Shown: piece by piece, positions 30,601-39,962 of the stretch
Numbering within the stretch: position 1 is the stretch's first letter
Layout of the letters: every line of letters begins with the position of its first letter
From: a virus
DNA length: 64,000 nucleotides
Reading direction: 5' to 3' (one strand)
IMG/VR virus record: IMGVR_UViG_3300033553_000338
Coordinates: 1-64,000 of that record
Notes under the pieces: model-generated
Seen by the model: the letters and a program-made list of their open reading frames with translations, nothing else
What the model was told of the DNA's origin: nothing
The model's database searches: none
Program-made: the position numbers and the translations under genes

Positions 30601-33600
30601 ATCCAGATCATGATCCCAGGAGATTAATTGAATTACTGTGTTCATCGCACTCATCCGGTCACTTCCAACCGACTTAATTAGAGATTCCTTTTTCGGAGCA
30701 TCTACTGTGTCGTTGAGGTGTTTGGCCAGCTCAGTTGAGTAGAGAATATTTCCCTTCTCCTCTTCTACTTTCTTGATAAACTCAATCAGTTCATCGGAAT
30801 CGGTAATCTGCAAAGCCTCATCGTGACGTTGACGGGATGCCTCACTGATTTCATTGAATTTGAAGTTGTAGTGGGCAAAGTCTGCCACTTTAGTGATGGC
30901 TTTATCGGTAGCATCGATAGCTTCCTGAAGTCCCTCAACATCTGAGGATTTCAAAAATTCAGAGGCCTCAACAAACTCATCACTGTTAGGATCATAAATC
31001 CCATCAGGTCCTTGTGGGAGAGCATAGTTAAGACTAATCGTCCTAAGGTCAGCTAATTTACGGCCAGGCTTTTTTAAATCCCGAATTACCCTGGCAAAAG
31101 CGTCATCTAAAATTCTCTGCCCCTCTGATCCTGGTTCAATATTCTGAGTTATCTCAATGTTAGTTTTTATTTCCTGCATGCCGGCCAGGAATGCCTGTTT
31201 AATCTCTTCGCTTACCGGAGCATTTTTTAAGGATTCCAATATCCTCTTCTTATCCTCTTCCCTAAGGTCTGGGAGTTTGTCATTCAAGATCCTTAATTGC
31301 CTCTCTTCGGGGGTCATATTCTCCAGCTCGTCCACGTAGTTTGCGGAAATCTTACGGATGCTTGATTCCTTGACATCTTCTTCCTGGAAAAACTTAACCT
31401 CTTCCATCATCTCCTTACGCATGGCTTTCCATACACTGTAACTGATATAGTCTGCATCCCCCTTCTTGGAAATACGACCATCTGAATGTTTATTGGCATC
31501 CTGAAAAAGCTCAAACAATGCCTTCTCGTAGTATTCATTGGCAGACTTACCCTGAACAATGTCACGTACCTTTTCAGAGGCAGCTTCCATTTTATCCTTG
31601 ATAGTCTTAATTTTCTCCTTGAGTTCTTTCTTCGTTCCCTCTGGAGTTGACTTATCGTCCACCTGTCGCTGCAGCTCCTCAACATTGGCATCTTCCTTCA
31701 CAATGTAAGAGATGTGGTTGGCCATATCGTCCAAAGCATCTGTCATCTGCACGGTTAACTGATCTCCAAAGGCTTCCTGGGTTTTACCAGACCAGATCTC
31801 TGCCATGGCTTCCTTAATTTCCTTAGGACTCTTATCCTTAAACTCTGGAAGGTCCTCAACGGCACGTTTCATTTGCTCATCCGAATGCAGTTTAATATTC
31901 TCCCACAGGGTTTTAAAGGCATACTCATTGGAATCTGCCTGAGATACACGTAATACCTCATCGGTAGAGCTTGAATCAACTGGTCGGTACTTACCCCTTT
32001 CATCACGGGCATAGGAAAGCTTCTCACTTCCGAAGGCTCCCTTAGGTTTTTTAGCGATCATAACATCAATGATATTGCGCTCCTCAGCTGTATTTGAGGC
32101 TTTTACCATTGTTTTTATGTAATTGTCCGAAGTAATGCGGGTAACTTTTTTACCCATGTTTTGATTCAGGAGTGATTTACCAATACCACCACCGACAGAA
32201 CCCATCGCACCGGCAAATATTGCTTCTTTTGCAAATTCGCTGAAGTCATGTTCCGCAAACCTTCCGTCACCAACTTCTTTTCCTTTTCCCAAGGTGGCGT
32301 TGTACATCCATTTAAGGCCGTACTCTTCTGCAGTTTCAACAGTTTCCTCAAGCCCCTCTGACATCATAGCTCCCAGGTATGCTTTCACCCCAGTGGATCC
32401 TGCAGATTGGTAAATGTCAGAAACTTTTTCTCGCATAGAATTAAAAGTAGTAGCCATCAGGCCACCTTCCTTAGCTGCTTTTTCCGGGGTAATATTCTTA
32501 ACTCCTTGTCCCGTAAGTCTCTTTATGTGGGACTTAAACAGATTTGCTTTAATCTGCTGATCGAAAGTCTCAGGGTAAGGTTTGATAATGTTCTCGGTAA
32601 GCTTAGAGGCAAACCCGTACATCAGGGCAGAAAAAGAGGCATGCATGATTAAGGCATCCCGGTCGGATAACCCGCTTTCCTTAGCTTCCCTGGCAAAATC
32701 CTCGGTAGCCATCATACTCATCGACCCACGGCCCATAAAGGAGCTGATACTACTAACCATTTTCTTTTGGGCTGCGGAGACTGTTTTATCAGCATAGTAC
32801 GATTCGAAAGCTTTAGTAAATCTCTTTCGACCTAACTCACCTGCCAATTTGGAAGACCGTAATCCCAGTATAGACGGTACAATTTTGGTAACGGCTTGCA
32901 TACCTAGCAGCTGTGGAACGATATCTCCAATGCTGTTGGTCATGTTATTCAGGTTCCACATACTCTGCCTGGACCGTTCATCCATTTCAAAGGAGTACCG
33001 TTTCAGGTAGTTCTGAGTCATGTTCATGGAACGCATGAAAGAAGAGTCCTTGTCAGCTCCCATGGCAGATCCAATAGATTTGCCAAGCTCTGCAGTTCCG
33101 GAGATTGCTGAAGATATAAATGTTGCAATTGCAGTATAAGGAATCACTTTAGGAATCTGTCTCGCGGCTACACTGAAAAATCCCTGGTCCACCTTATTAC
33201 CATCGAGGAACCCAAAGTTTTTGGCCAGGGCTCCTGAATTGAAAATGGTCACGATATCATCAGTACTATGGATAGTCTCCCCACCATCAACACGTTGGAT
33301 GAAAGGGTTACCATCAACAGTCAGCTTAGGCATCCCTTCCTCATCCCTGGCTACTCGCCATAGGTCAGAAGTCATCATCTGCTCAAAGGTGCCCGGGGCA
33401 TCTTCAAATTTCCCGTCCTTAAGCTCTCCCATGGCCAGGGCAACTTGCTTGTTGGTCTTGGTACGTACACGCTCACCAAATAAGGTAGATGAATCCATAG
33501 AGGCAAAAGAGCCCTCAACAAGGTTCGCGATATTGATCTCTCCCAGGTACTTCTCTCTAAAGACACTCTCCAGGTAGTCCCCATCGGTGTCAGAGATAAA

Positions 33601-33939
33601 AGCCTTAGCTCCCAGAACATCATGATCAACCGTTTCCCGAACGCTGTTTATCAAGTGTAGCTTGTCGTAGAAATTGTCAAAATCCTCCTTACCTTCAAAT
33701 TTCTCTTTGATGTTGTCAATTTTCCAGTAATCTTCCCGGTTACGGAGACTGAAATCGACTCCCTGATTCTCCGTCAGATCATACGCTTGGTCGAAGCTCA
33801 TTCCTTTGAATTCGCTGGGATCGTCACTTGCACTAAATATCAGGCCCAGTAAGTCCGGGGCATTTGACTCAACTTCTATCTTTTTTCCAAGATCCACTTC
33901 CTGGGAAGAGTAATCCTTCATTGCTTCGTTATCGCCCAT
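24643..33939 (-). CDS. Giant virion cargo protein with N-terminal hydrophobic/Gly-zipper segments and a central SF1 helicase domain
   Basis: Walker A GIGGAGKTT (29473-29499), LLAP, IIIDE, GDPLQ, SQRT, SVHDAQSQEFD and YTAVSRA; hydrophobic helices in residues ~260-590. Confidence 0.8.
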   Translation of the reverse strand: MGDNEAMKDYSSQEVDLGKKIEVESNAPDLLGLIFSASDDPSEFKGMSFDQAYDLTENQGVDFSLRNREDYWKIDNIKEKFEGKEDFDNFYDKLHLINSVRETVDHDVLGAKAFISDTDGDYLESVFREKYLGEINIANLVEGSFASMDSSTLFGERVRTKTNKQVALAMGELKDGKFEDAPGTFEQMMTSDLWRVARDEEGMPKLTVDGNPFIQRVDGGETIHSTDDIVTIFNSGALAKNFGFLDGNKVDQGFFSVAARQIPKVIPYTAIATFISSAISGTAELGKSIGSAMGADKDSSFMRSMNMTQNYLKRYSFEMDERSRQSMWNLNNMTNSIGDIVPQLLGMQAVTKIVPSILGLRSSKLAGELGRKRFTKAFESYYADKTVSAAQKKMVSSISSFMGRGSMSMMATEDFAREAKESGLSDRDALIMHASFSALMYGFASKLTENIIKPYPETFDQQIKANLFKSHIKRLTGQGVKNITPEKAAKEGGLMATTFNSMREKVSDIYQSAGSTGVKAYLGAMMSEGLEETVETAEEYGLKWMYNATLGKGKEVGDGRFAEHDFSEFAKEAIFAGAMGSVGGGIGKSLLNQNMGKKVTRITSDNYIKTMVKASNTAEERNIIDVMIAKKPKGAFGSEKLSYARDERGKYRPVDSSSTDEVLRVSQADSNEYAFKTLWENIKLHSDEQMKRAVEDLPEFKDKSPKEIKEAMAEIWSGKTQEAFGDQLTVQMTDALDDMANHISYIVKEDANVEELQRQVDDKSTPEGTKKELKEKIKTIKDKMEAASEKVRDIVQGKSANEYYEKALFELFQDANKHSDGRISKKGDADYISYSVWKAMRKEMMEEVKFFQEEDVKESSIRKISANYVDELENMTPEERQLRILNDKLPDLREEDKKRILESLKNAPVSEEIKQAFLAGMQEIKTNIEITQNIEPGSEGQRILDDAFARVIRDLKKPGRKLADLRTISLNYALPQGPDGIYDPNSDEFVEASEFLKSSDVEGLQEAIDATDKAITKVADFAHYNFKFNEISEASRQRHDEALQITDSDELIEFIKKVEEEKGNILYSTELAKHLNDTVDAPKKESLIKSVGSDRMSAMNTVIQLISWDHDLDPSQRAMKAYLDYDRKGGKYIHSQIKEEVIALNTAGPESYDGDMENLERIRKVMSDRKEFIRSILSIEPQLHKFQAVNKDKFEFKNKIETIISDDATDSLYKMYDPSTSEEEAKTLESKVNESLTYVAKAFSAHSNDTLLDGHVLDFLINTLYRNKGESIRGVYLNDMAKMESTGDMLEELITTFIFPASDISETKTALLDALTKFRDIDGTNQDNVTEKWAAIKEVELMLHIYLMTLSEEDKMKINLGKFESRMLSENTRVLYAYYLMMSRESFATVQQSFEQDVARLTFTSSPTYEQSRAVIQMAVKLTSPLEPSVEYLGTKGKYTLNWLSRFDQAQHFGDTAGLSDKEIKENSAQNFIPELGYVRGIGGAGKTTYIAAVVKMMKGSGDVVLLAPGKSQAETLVKGLKDTGIVPKETPTNDDGDLDIETLIGLLNGSDESIVNSDLIIIDEITRFPASEVSRLADAVREFNKNNEGSDIRILGLGDPLQASSITMKGNNYNTIMTNGIDKLSGIEMTPIIRSSQRTGYLSNTQLFETIREAIETTKNMAEEQKDVTLTYEVKKVDGISQDIGVQIATDADDWNAMVKGRIKRALAVDHADEKKNKNRIVIVTTVTKEEDAEAYAALEEFGIPVMSVHDAQSQEFDQVIVDIPHLNTMQHVERNNIMTQLFYTAVSRAQKGILIKKATGWKIVTIPGIVPNVEAKLNSKVFDTYKKKGVEIRKVLSDLEKSLTGKELATGGDIKVTIKPDMLTKYKELYTIVMDAYSKWEGDDHTKFRGMMDQEVDLLLKKLDGLVRASDISDAIDAAFKNSLFLSTLFDKDAFVEAMKLNDAIRTEKEILNDAIKELEDASKFSGEAVDRTRESLLDILYLMDSSPMDSYVYYELSVKLLEALDRSSQDTNLSSYLTPALESVRALIEKAGYKMTSFDSSVTFDKDTMAIDGDPVIDPSLKAGEVIIEEVVSQAFIKTANGEVVSIPSLGADHFKAKVKVRRAPGKPIIEGDYLHVLNLLTEEDRSEIITKHGKKSGGIIRNEIERAMRNGNNEDAYRKWNQLQADKELRKSDLSDLEKAKIEFATRSGVDSIYFMHTKGLDNLANSAMVKMENMDPLTDLEKIFLTMYYNVIAEDANKTHLDLLLKLVEGVDEKSKNLINSLLGMTHQNNIDVFATESLITLANNISEIDFSKVKFEAEIKAHLAQLLEKFKNAGFAFIQGTKEIEADYAKSPKNYSVEKIPGTDTKEVIESMKSPIYDASGNLVKPGYVRIALPKKKDQSGGGGDTKPQGKITRTFKNDDKSARKTKLLTAASNGEILNYLWLNVDLTPNSTRKLTLADFHRLKMEATNALQESEVSFRLKKGFVAENLENEVGAAIFSKDAIEDVNNGREILYIEATVPDSVTGEYFTIVYSVMPLDGNILNMDTNYPDLNIAELYDRINGLKGSIPTEGLDITSAMKNGTSKRIVKGRFTNTGIKLGVTLSEFMRSHSPNGTKTPLTFSDDVYVLTSNIVGEDGNTVAKKGQAYLVASPNKAKTILNETIKDLVQGDWTKVSDDVLLVPVREKARSLDEIIEDYHKLTDPKYASFLASASQLNRFLRAGNNMIAELRSKEGKETKVEKMFFQIKNHKLSNGKKLFSKPKEGEWYNVDPAAFIEFLETLRSEDKQTFDEMWQWFKKIPKKGFDNEYKIKPDVKDANGTVIKKGEKYVHNLNYNRGFFGNFPMNTGSKITHEKKASIDVSTVKGLEGSGLSLDDVAVIPYDTVTAPSVVFTDSGIQRIVDSASEQITKSEKSKLMKAQKAVIMDLHTLATSSNLDMSQDSGLLNRLLGYRDQLRIGRDKVDNHVTEMDLSMERSTVLNYADAQLNRIDEEIMKEEVRLKQLAGQGKKLGTFEDLQKELKSLSKTLLSDDAMVQFFNSPKVGLSLEWILNNYAMKILGLDNAGNPAIMDAVNEQRFETAFNNLYAYNLDYALRLEKYENIILNYKKVNNICKI

Positions 33940-35804
33940 TATAAGTTTGTTAAATCTTTGAATGTTAGTAATTTACCGCTAGACCGGTTAATGTTTAATC
34001 TGCCACCTTGCTCCTTACTCTTCATGTACAGGTTTCCGGTAATTGCCTTCTTGATTGGGTAGTTGTCGTTGAGGGGAACGATGATTTTGGTTCGGAACCA
34101 TTGATCAACCTCGCTTTTCGCGTTGTATCCTGTTTTTCTGTAAAGATCTTCCAGTTCCGACTTATCTGTTACAGCACTTGCTCCTGCCTCTGTCATCAAT
34201 TTTTTATCGTCTTGACCAATCCAAGCATCATCAGTAGGAAGAAACCCTGCATAAACAATGGCAGGTTTAAAGGTTGTATCGTTCCCAAAAATTAAAAACT
34301 CTTCGGCAAGCTTTACAAGCTGGTCCTTAAATACGTTAGGGTCATATTTATCAGCATCGTCAACCATCGACTTTTTAGCCTCTTCCAGGAGCTCACCTTT
34401 TCTTTTATTGTAGTCAACAATGTCCTTACCCTCTTTAGTAATCTCAGTCATCACCTGTCCCTTTGAGTTTACAGGTACCATAGTGAGAAGTGCTTGTTCT
34501 GGTATCATTCTACTGACAATGGCATGAACGTTACCCCCAAAATCCCCTGCTGATTTACCCTGAATTCGGGCACCTTCAAACACCAGGGATGAGCTCACTT
34601 TCGAAGATCCTATAGGAGTCAGTTGATCACCATTCTTGTATGCACCTGGCTCTACCTGAGTTCCTATAAGTCCTTTAAGGTCACCTGAAGTATATGCGTG
34701 TCCTTTATCCCCCAACACATCAAGGGCTGACTCATCGGTCAACTCTCCCTCTATACTCGTGGAATGGCTCTCCTTGGCCCTTTCTGCAATTAACCCATAG
34801 ATGGATTTAGTCATCTCGCTATCCAACGCTTTTTGGAAGGCTTCTTTATCTACAAAATCAATTCCTTCAATCTTTCTCATTGCAGCATTACGCAGATGCA
34901 TTTTTGACGCGGCACTGAGTCCCAGATTTGTTCCCAGCAATCGATGAATCGCAGCCTTAAGATTCTCCGCATCAGAAGAATCCTGGGTTCCCTTGGTTTC
35001 TTCCACCAGCCTGTCCGGATCCCAACCAGCGGTAACCAGTAAACTAGCCAGATTTGTATTTCGGAGAAAATCAAACGTGGTTTCTTTTTTACCCTCAGTG
35101 GTACTTCCCACTTGTTTCAGCTGAGTGTCAATCTCATCCATCACTTTGGTCTCGCCATTGACTGCACCGGTAATCTGCTTAAGGTAAATGCCGTTCTTGC
35201 TACCCATTCCGGTATAAGGGGAATCCTTACTGGTATGGATATATTGCAGTGCCTGGGAGTTAGATATTAAGGAATACTTTCCGGTACCTTTAGCCCTGTC
35301 TTGGTTGTACTCAAAGGGAGTGATCTCCTTAAATTGTCCCGTAGCATTATCAATAGCCACCAGGTTTGAGGAAGTCAAGTCTGTAACAAATTCTTTCTCA
35401 GACCCGTTAGTTCCAACCCTTGTCTCCGCAGCATTCGCTAATTCTTTACTCACCTTCAACTCATTGGGTGCGCGGTACAGGATACTTTGAAGCTTGCTCA
35501 AAGCAGCAATACCGTCATGGGTCTCTATCCAGAACCGGTCAGTTAATGTCTTCTCCTTTATCTGATTTTGAAGTTTAAGCACCTCATCGATAACTGCGTT
35601 CCTCTCCCCCATCAAGCCATCAGCCTTTATCAATTGATCCATATCAATCTCGGGGATCTGAACTTCTTCCTGGGGGTTTAATACATCTGACAGGTCAGCA
35701 TAAGGATTATCCTTTGGAGCAACCTGATTCTCTTTCCATTTGATTGGGAGAGCTTCTTGAACGGCCCCACCTTCCTGAAATTTCTTAACACCTATGTAAT
35801 CCAT
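33939..35804 (-). CDS. Virion cargo/structural protein with an N-terminal KKFQEGG motif
   Basis: 621 aa; TAATG-coupled to the 3098-aa gene; has its own late-promoter motif. Confidence 0.7.
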   Translation of the reverse strand: MDYIGVKKFQEGGAVQEALPIKWKENQVAPKDNPYADLSDVLNPQEEVQIPEIDMDQLIKADGLMGERNAVIDEVLKLQNQIKEKTLTDRFWIETHDGIAALSKLQSILYRAPNELKVSKELANAAETRVGTNGSEKEFVTDLTSSNLVAIDNATGQFKEITPFEYNQDRAKGTGKYSLISNSQALQYIHTSKDSPYTGMGSKNGIYLKQITGAVNGETKVMDEIDTQLKQVGSTTEGKKETTFDFLRNTNLASLLVTAGWDPDRLVEETKGTQDSSDAENLKAAIHRLLGTNLGLSAASKMHLRNAAMRKIEGIDFVDKEAFQKALDSEMTKSIYGLIAERAKESHSTSIEGELTDESALDVLGDKGHAYTSGDLKGLIGTQVEPGAYKNGDQLTPIGSSKVSSSLVFEGARIQGKSAGDFGGNVHAIVSRMIPEQALLTMVPVNSKGQVMTEITKEGKDIVDYNKRKGELLEEAKKSMVDDADKYDPNVFKDQLVKLAEEFLIFGNDTTFKPAIVYAGFLPTDDAWIGQDDKKLMTEAGASAVTDKSELEDLYRKTGYNAKSEVDQWFRTKIIVPLNDNYPIKKAITGNLYMKSKEQGGRLNINRSSGKLLTFKDLTNL

Positions 35805-35826
35805 ATAAATACTGTATGTTAGAATT

Positions 35827-35837
35827 AAATATACGAA
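35827..35837 (-). promoter_or_regulatory. Putative phage late promoter (TTCGTATATTT)
   Basis: 23 nt upstream of ATG 35804. Confidence 0.65.
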
Positions 35838-35887
35838 TTTTATACAGGTTTACCAAGTCATTTATAACTGAAAACGTTATACCAGGT

Positions 35888-35926
35888 AAAAATAGAAGAG
35901 GTCATACCGCGAACGATATAACCTCT
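35888..35926 (-). terminator. Intrinsic terminator with a UUCG tetraloop
   Basis: Minus strand AGAGGTTATATCG-TTCG-CGGTATGACCTCT (13-bp stem with two G-U pairs) followed by TCTATTTTT. Confidence 0.75.
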
Positions 35927-35954
35927 CAAATTATAGTCTGTAAATAGCTTTCAG

Positions 35955-38900
35955 TTAACGCTTAAAGTAGCTTCGTAAAAGAATCTCGTTGGACTTCTTC
36001 ACCAGCTCCGTAGCTTTCCGGAACTCCCGGTGAGAACGAATCTGATCCCGCTTAAGCTCTTTGGCCCGGTCAGCAGACTCTTTCATCTCTGCAATCTTTA
36101 TCCTGGCCTCCGCTTTGATCTTTTCCTTCTGGATAGATCCACCCTTTTTAAATAATGAGTTACCAGCTGACAACATCGCATTACGTTTTCGTACATTAAG
36201 TGTACTTGTTTGGGCCTTCTCAAGCCCAATATCGTAGGCATCGTTGGCCAAATCAAAAGCTGTTTGCGCAGCTGACTCTTGATTAATAAGGTTCTTATCA
36301 GTAGGGTTCATGGCTAAAGCGTTTCTTAACGCCTGTAAGGTATTCTGAGCCATAATAGTCTCTTTCTTTAAACCGGAGATCTCCCTGTTACTTATAGCGA
36401 CCTTTTCCTGCATATCCATATAGCTGGCTGTAGCCTTTCTATTGGAAACAGTACTCAAGGTATCCGCAGCAAACTGGGCCATACGATTTTGCTCCAGTAC
36501 CTCTGCACGGGTATCCGCAGCTTCATCCGCAGCTTTGTTTGCGTAATCCGCAGCCAGGAAATTGTTCTGGTTGCTAAAATCGATCTCCTTATTCTTGATA
36601 GCAGCGGTACTAGCCTCCCGTTCAGAAGCAAGCTTGAAATCAGCCATAGTCGCATGGCTTCCTCTGATCAGATCGGATACTGCCTTCGCTTTACCTACAG
36701 AAGCCCCCACATCGTCCGGATTGGAATTTGTAGGGGAATAGTTGATGCTGTCCACTAAATGCTGCTCAGCCATCCGCTGTGCCTCTGTAGTGATTCCAGT
36801 GTTCACTGTCGGAACCGCAATGTTGGCCATGGCTGCAACCTCTTTCTTCACCGGATTGCTTCGGGTCGGTTTGGAACCTGCGTAATTGACGATTGCTTTA
36901 AGATCCACATTACCCAGCAGCTTTTCCATACCGGACATTGGGGGTTCTACCTTAACATCCCCCTCTCCCGTCTGAGATGCTTTCTTACCCCCCTGGATTG
37001 TTGGCAAGGTAGTTGCAGCATTTACTGCCTTATTCAAGGCATTCCCTGAATTACCATCACCACTTAAAATACCGGTAATGGAGGATGTCAAACCATTTTC
37101 ACTTCCAACACCTTCAAGTAATGAGCCAGGATCAAATGAGGATGTAAAAGGGATATTTTTCCCGGCATCCAGCAAACTCGCTATACCAGCACGATTCCCT
37201 AAAGCCTTTTCTGCTACCGCTTCTCCAGCTCCTGATTTCCCCACACCTTTTATGATATCCAGCATCTTAGCCCCAAACCAATATTTAGGCTTATCCTCCA
37301 GCTCATTCAAAATCGCATAGGGTTTATCTCCCTTACGGTAAGCTCTCTGGAGCATGTTACGGACACCAAATTTACGATCTTCATCTTCCTTGGTTCCCCG
37401 GGTGCCTACAAAAGCATCAGAGTGTTCAGCATCATAGGATGTAATCCGCTGTTTAAGTTTATTGATGTCAGGGTATCCTTGAGCTACCAGCTCCTGTATC
37501 TCACTGTCCTCAAGATAGAACTCTCCGTGTTCCCCGTAAATATCCTTTGCATAATCTCCTAGATTACTGTGGCTGAACTCCGGAATCTCCCCATACTTTT
37601 TCATGATGCCCATCACCGGAATCTTGCCCTGGTACTTGTTGGCCAACGCCTTTGTGTATAAGGCCTGAGCTTTGTAGAACTCATCGAAGTAATCCTGGTC
37701 ATCAGTGTCCAAGGATCCACCGGACTTATGGCTTCTTTGTCCCCCAAAGGATGACTGCAGTATGCCTGGGTTTGTTCTCGTACCCTTAAATCCCCCATAA
37801 GCTCCCTGAGGCCTGTCTGAAGGGATGAATGGGTTGATGGGATTACCCTCTTCGTTTACAGAACTAACCTTACTTCTTTCCCAATTAGCCCCGTCTTGAC
37901 TAGAGTAAGAATCCCTACCTTGATTAAGAATGTATCTTCTGGTTTTAGGATCAAAGAATACTTCAGGGTTTTCTACATTTTCGGGAATGCTGACTTTGTT
38001 TTTCAGGATATCAGAACTGGTAAGTGTGTAACTCTTATTCCCTTCCGGTACATGCCGTTTAATTCCCGAGTAAGTGCGCTCCCCCCTGTCAAGTACTTCC
38101 AATGAGGAATTTTTCAAAAACTCATGCAAGTTACCTTTAGAGTTTGCTCCATTAAGTGCCCTATTCAGGTAATCACTTTCGGTGGTATCCTCAAAATCTC
38201 GCAGTATTGGGTTATACTTTTTTATCAATGTTTTGCTACCGACATTGTTGTACATGTAATACTTTCCTGCCGTCTTATCAAATAACAATGTACCTGGGGA
38301 GTTTTCACCAAATTGAGGTCTGTACTTGTCCCCCTTAGTGACCGGCTTAGCTGCAAAGAAATCCAAAACTTCATTGTCTTTAAATTCTTCCTCACTAAAC
38401 CCAGGGAAACGGGTATATAAATGTGAATCATCAAACTCGGATACGATATCTTTTCGTTGAGGGTTGCTTAAAACCTGGACTCCTGGCTCATGAGTTTCCC
38501 CCGCACTAACTGGATTACTCATAACTACAGCCTGTGCATCAGGGATTGCTCCTCCAGCAACCACAGCATTTTGAGCCTGACCCTCTGCATTAGGAATTCC
38601 CTGCTCCGGAGATGCAGCTTCAGCAACAACCTCAGCAGCCACAGAACCTCCACCATCAGTACCGGCACTTAAACTTGCATCAGCTGGAGCAGTCACAAGT
38701 GGAGTACCAGTTGCAAGTGGGGCACCTGAAGCATCTACAGCTCCCGGGACAACTGCAGCAACCTGAGGAATGTACTCTTTACCTTTGTACTCAACCATCT
38801 CTGTGGGCTGCTCATGTTGCAGATAATCTCCCGATACCAGGTAGTTGAGAACCTTATCGTACTTGGTACCCTTCAACCCTAAGTCACCTTTACCCTTAAA

Positions 38901-39896
38901 CAGCTTTCGCTGGTCACGGGTGTCCACACCGGAGAAACGATTCAAACGAAGACTGGGATCTTCCCACTGCCAGTTGATGTTATCTCCTTTCAGGTTGACT
39001 TTAATTTTGTTGGAATCTCCAAGGTTTTCCCGAATCTTCAAAATACTCTCCCGCATGTCCTTATTTTCAGGAGCATCTCCAAGATCCTGTAACGCCTTAT
39101 CAAAATCAAACGTAGCACGGCTACTCGAAAATCCCTCATCGTAGATCCTTTTGATCTCTGCCGGCTTATACGCACGTTCGTAGTATTTTCCGTTTTCCTC
39201 AATGTACTTGGAAAGATCCTCTGTACTGGCAACTGCTTCAAGTTTTGCAGCAGTTTGTTCAGGTATTGTCTGGCCTCTTTGGCTTGCTCTAAGAGTAATG
39301 TCAGGCTTATTGTGTACGTAAGTTCCTGGAACATAAGCTCTGTTTGACTTTACCTCGTCAAGTACAGTTGCCATTTCATCAAAATGGGTAAGGATATGCT
39401 GACCGGGATAGTGGGCAGTCCCGTCTGCCTTTGAGATTGATGGCCATATACGTCCCAATTTGAGGGTGAATTCTTCATTGGAACGCTCATCTTTCATCCA
39501 CTTGTCCACCCCTGCATCCCCTAGTAGACTTAGTGCAAGACGTTCCTGAACCCGGGCATCAAAGACCGTATTCTCATTAATCTCACCTTTAAGATTTGTA
39601 AGTAAGCCTAATAGGGTTTCTTTCATGAATTGGTACTTCCCTACTGCGGTTGTACCGGCATTAGGGTCATCAGCCGAAAAACCAGCACTTTGTACCCTTA
39701 GCCTATCCTGATACTCCATTACTTCCCCAATAGTCATCTGGGTTAATGGCTTATTTGGCTTAAGACTTTTTGGTCCCACACCATAGCCAAATGGTGCATC
39801 GTATGGAGAATCTAATCCATTTTCTTTCCAGGCACTTGTTTCCCTGGAAATCAAATCCAGCACAGGCCTTATTTTTAAATATTCTGCTTCAGTCAT
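35955..39896 (-). CDS. Virion cargo protein with an N-terminal lambda-lysozyme-like (muramidase/transglycosylase) domain
   Basis: LDLISRE.S...YD..FG...LTQMTIGEV..YQ...TAVGKYQF...TL...FD...Q..LA..LL...W.S; Ala/Pro linker; coiled-coil C-terminus. Confidence 0.8.
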   Translation of the reverse strand: MTEAEYLKIRPVLDLISRETSAWKENGLDSPYDAPFGYGVGPKSLKPNKPLTQMTIGEVMEYQDRLRVQSAGFSADDPNAGTTAVGKYQFMKETLLGLLTNLKGEINENTVFDARVQERLALSLLGDAGVDKWMKDERSNEEFTLKLGRIWPSISKADGTAHYPGQHILTHFDEMATVLDEVKSNRAYVPGTYVHNKPDITLRASQRGQTIPEQTAAKLEAVASTEDLSKYIEENGKYYERAYKPAEIKRIYDEGFSSSRATFDFDKALQDLGDAPENKDMRESILKIRENLGDSNKIKVNLKGDNINWQWEDPSLRLNRFSGVDTRDQRKLFKGKGDLGLKGTKYDKVLNYLVSGDYLQHEQPTEMVEYKGKEYIPQVAAVVPGAVDASGAPLATGTPLVTAPADASLSAGTDGGGSVAAEVVAEAASPEQGIPNAEGQAQNAVVAGGAIPDAQAVVMSNPVSAGETHEPGVQVLSNPQRKDIVSEFDDSHLYTRFPGFSEEEFKDNEVLDFFAAKPVTKGDKYRPQFGENSPGTLLFDKTAGKYYMYNNVGSKTLIKKYNPILRDFEDTTESDYLNRALNGANSKGNLHEFLKNSSLEVLDRGERTYSGIKRHVPEGNKSYTLTSSDILKNKVSIPENVENPEVFFDPKTRRYILNQGRDSYSSQDGANWERSKVSSVNEEGNPINPFIPSDRPQGAYGGFKGTRTNPGILQSSFGGQRSHKSGGSLDTDDQDYFDEFYKAQALYTKALANKYQGKIPVMGIMKKYGEIPEFSHSNLGDYAKDIYGEHGEFYLEDSEIQELVAQGYPDINKLKQRITSYDAEHSDAFVGTRGTKEDEDRKFGVRNMLQRAYRKGDKPYAILNELEDKPKYWFGAKMLDIIKGVGKSGAGEAVAEKALGNRAGIASLLDAGKNIPFTSSFDPGSLLEGVGSENGLTSSITGILSGDGNSGNALNKAVNAATTLPTIQGGKKASQTGEGDVKVEPPMSGMEKLLGNVDLKAIVNYAGSKPTRSNPVKKEVAAMANIAVPTVNTGITTEAQRMAEQHLVDSINYSPTNSNPDDVGASVGKAKAVSDLIRGSHATMADFKLASEREASTAAIKNKEIDFSNQNNFLAADYANKAADEAADTRAEVLEQNRMAQFAADTLSTVSNRKATASYMDMQEKVAISNREISGLKKETIMAQNTLQALRNALAMNPTDKNLINQESAAQTAFDLANDAYDIGLEKAQTSTLNVRKRNAMLSAGNSLFKKGGSIQKEKIKAEARIKIAEMKESADRAKELKRDQIRSHREFRKATELVKKSNEILLRSYFKR

Positions 39897-39910
39897 AAAG
39901 TATAGAAATT

Positions 39911-39934
39911 AAAAAAGGAGGGAATACTCCCTCC
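39911..39934 (-). terminator. Intrinsic terminator
   Basis: Minus strand GGAGGGA-GTAT-TCCCTCC followed by TTTTTT. Confidence 0.75.
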
Positions 39935-39962
39935 CTTCATGTTTTTTGATGCACCTCGGAAA

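Noticed and set aside
16101-33939. Introns or inteins in the RNAP and helicase giants
   Set aside because: The ORFs are uninterrupted, and I saw no intein splice-junction or LAGLIDADG motifs. A profile search would be needed to exclude them fully.
39897-39907. Possible additional late-promoter copy before the 1313-aa gene
   Set aside because: Poor match to the consensus and directly abuts the ATG.
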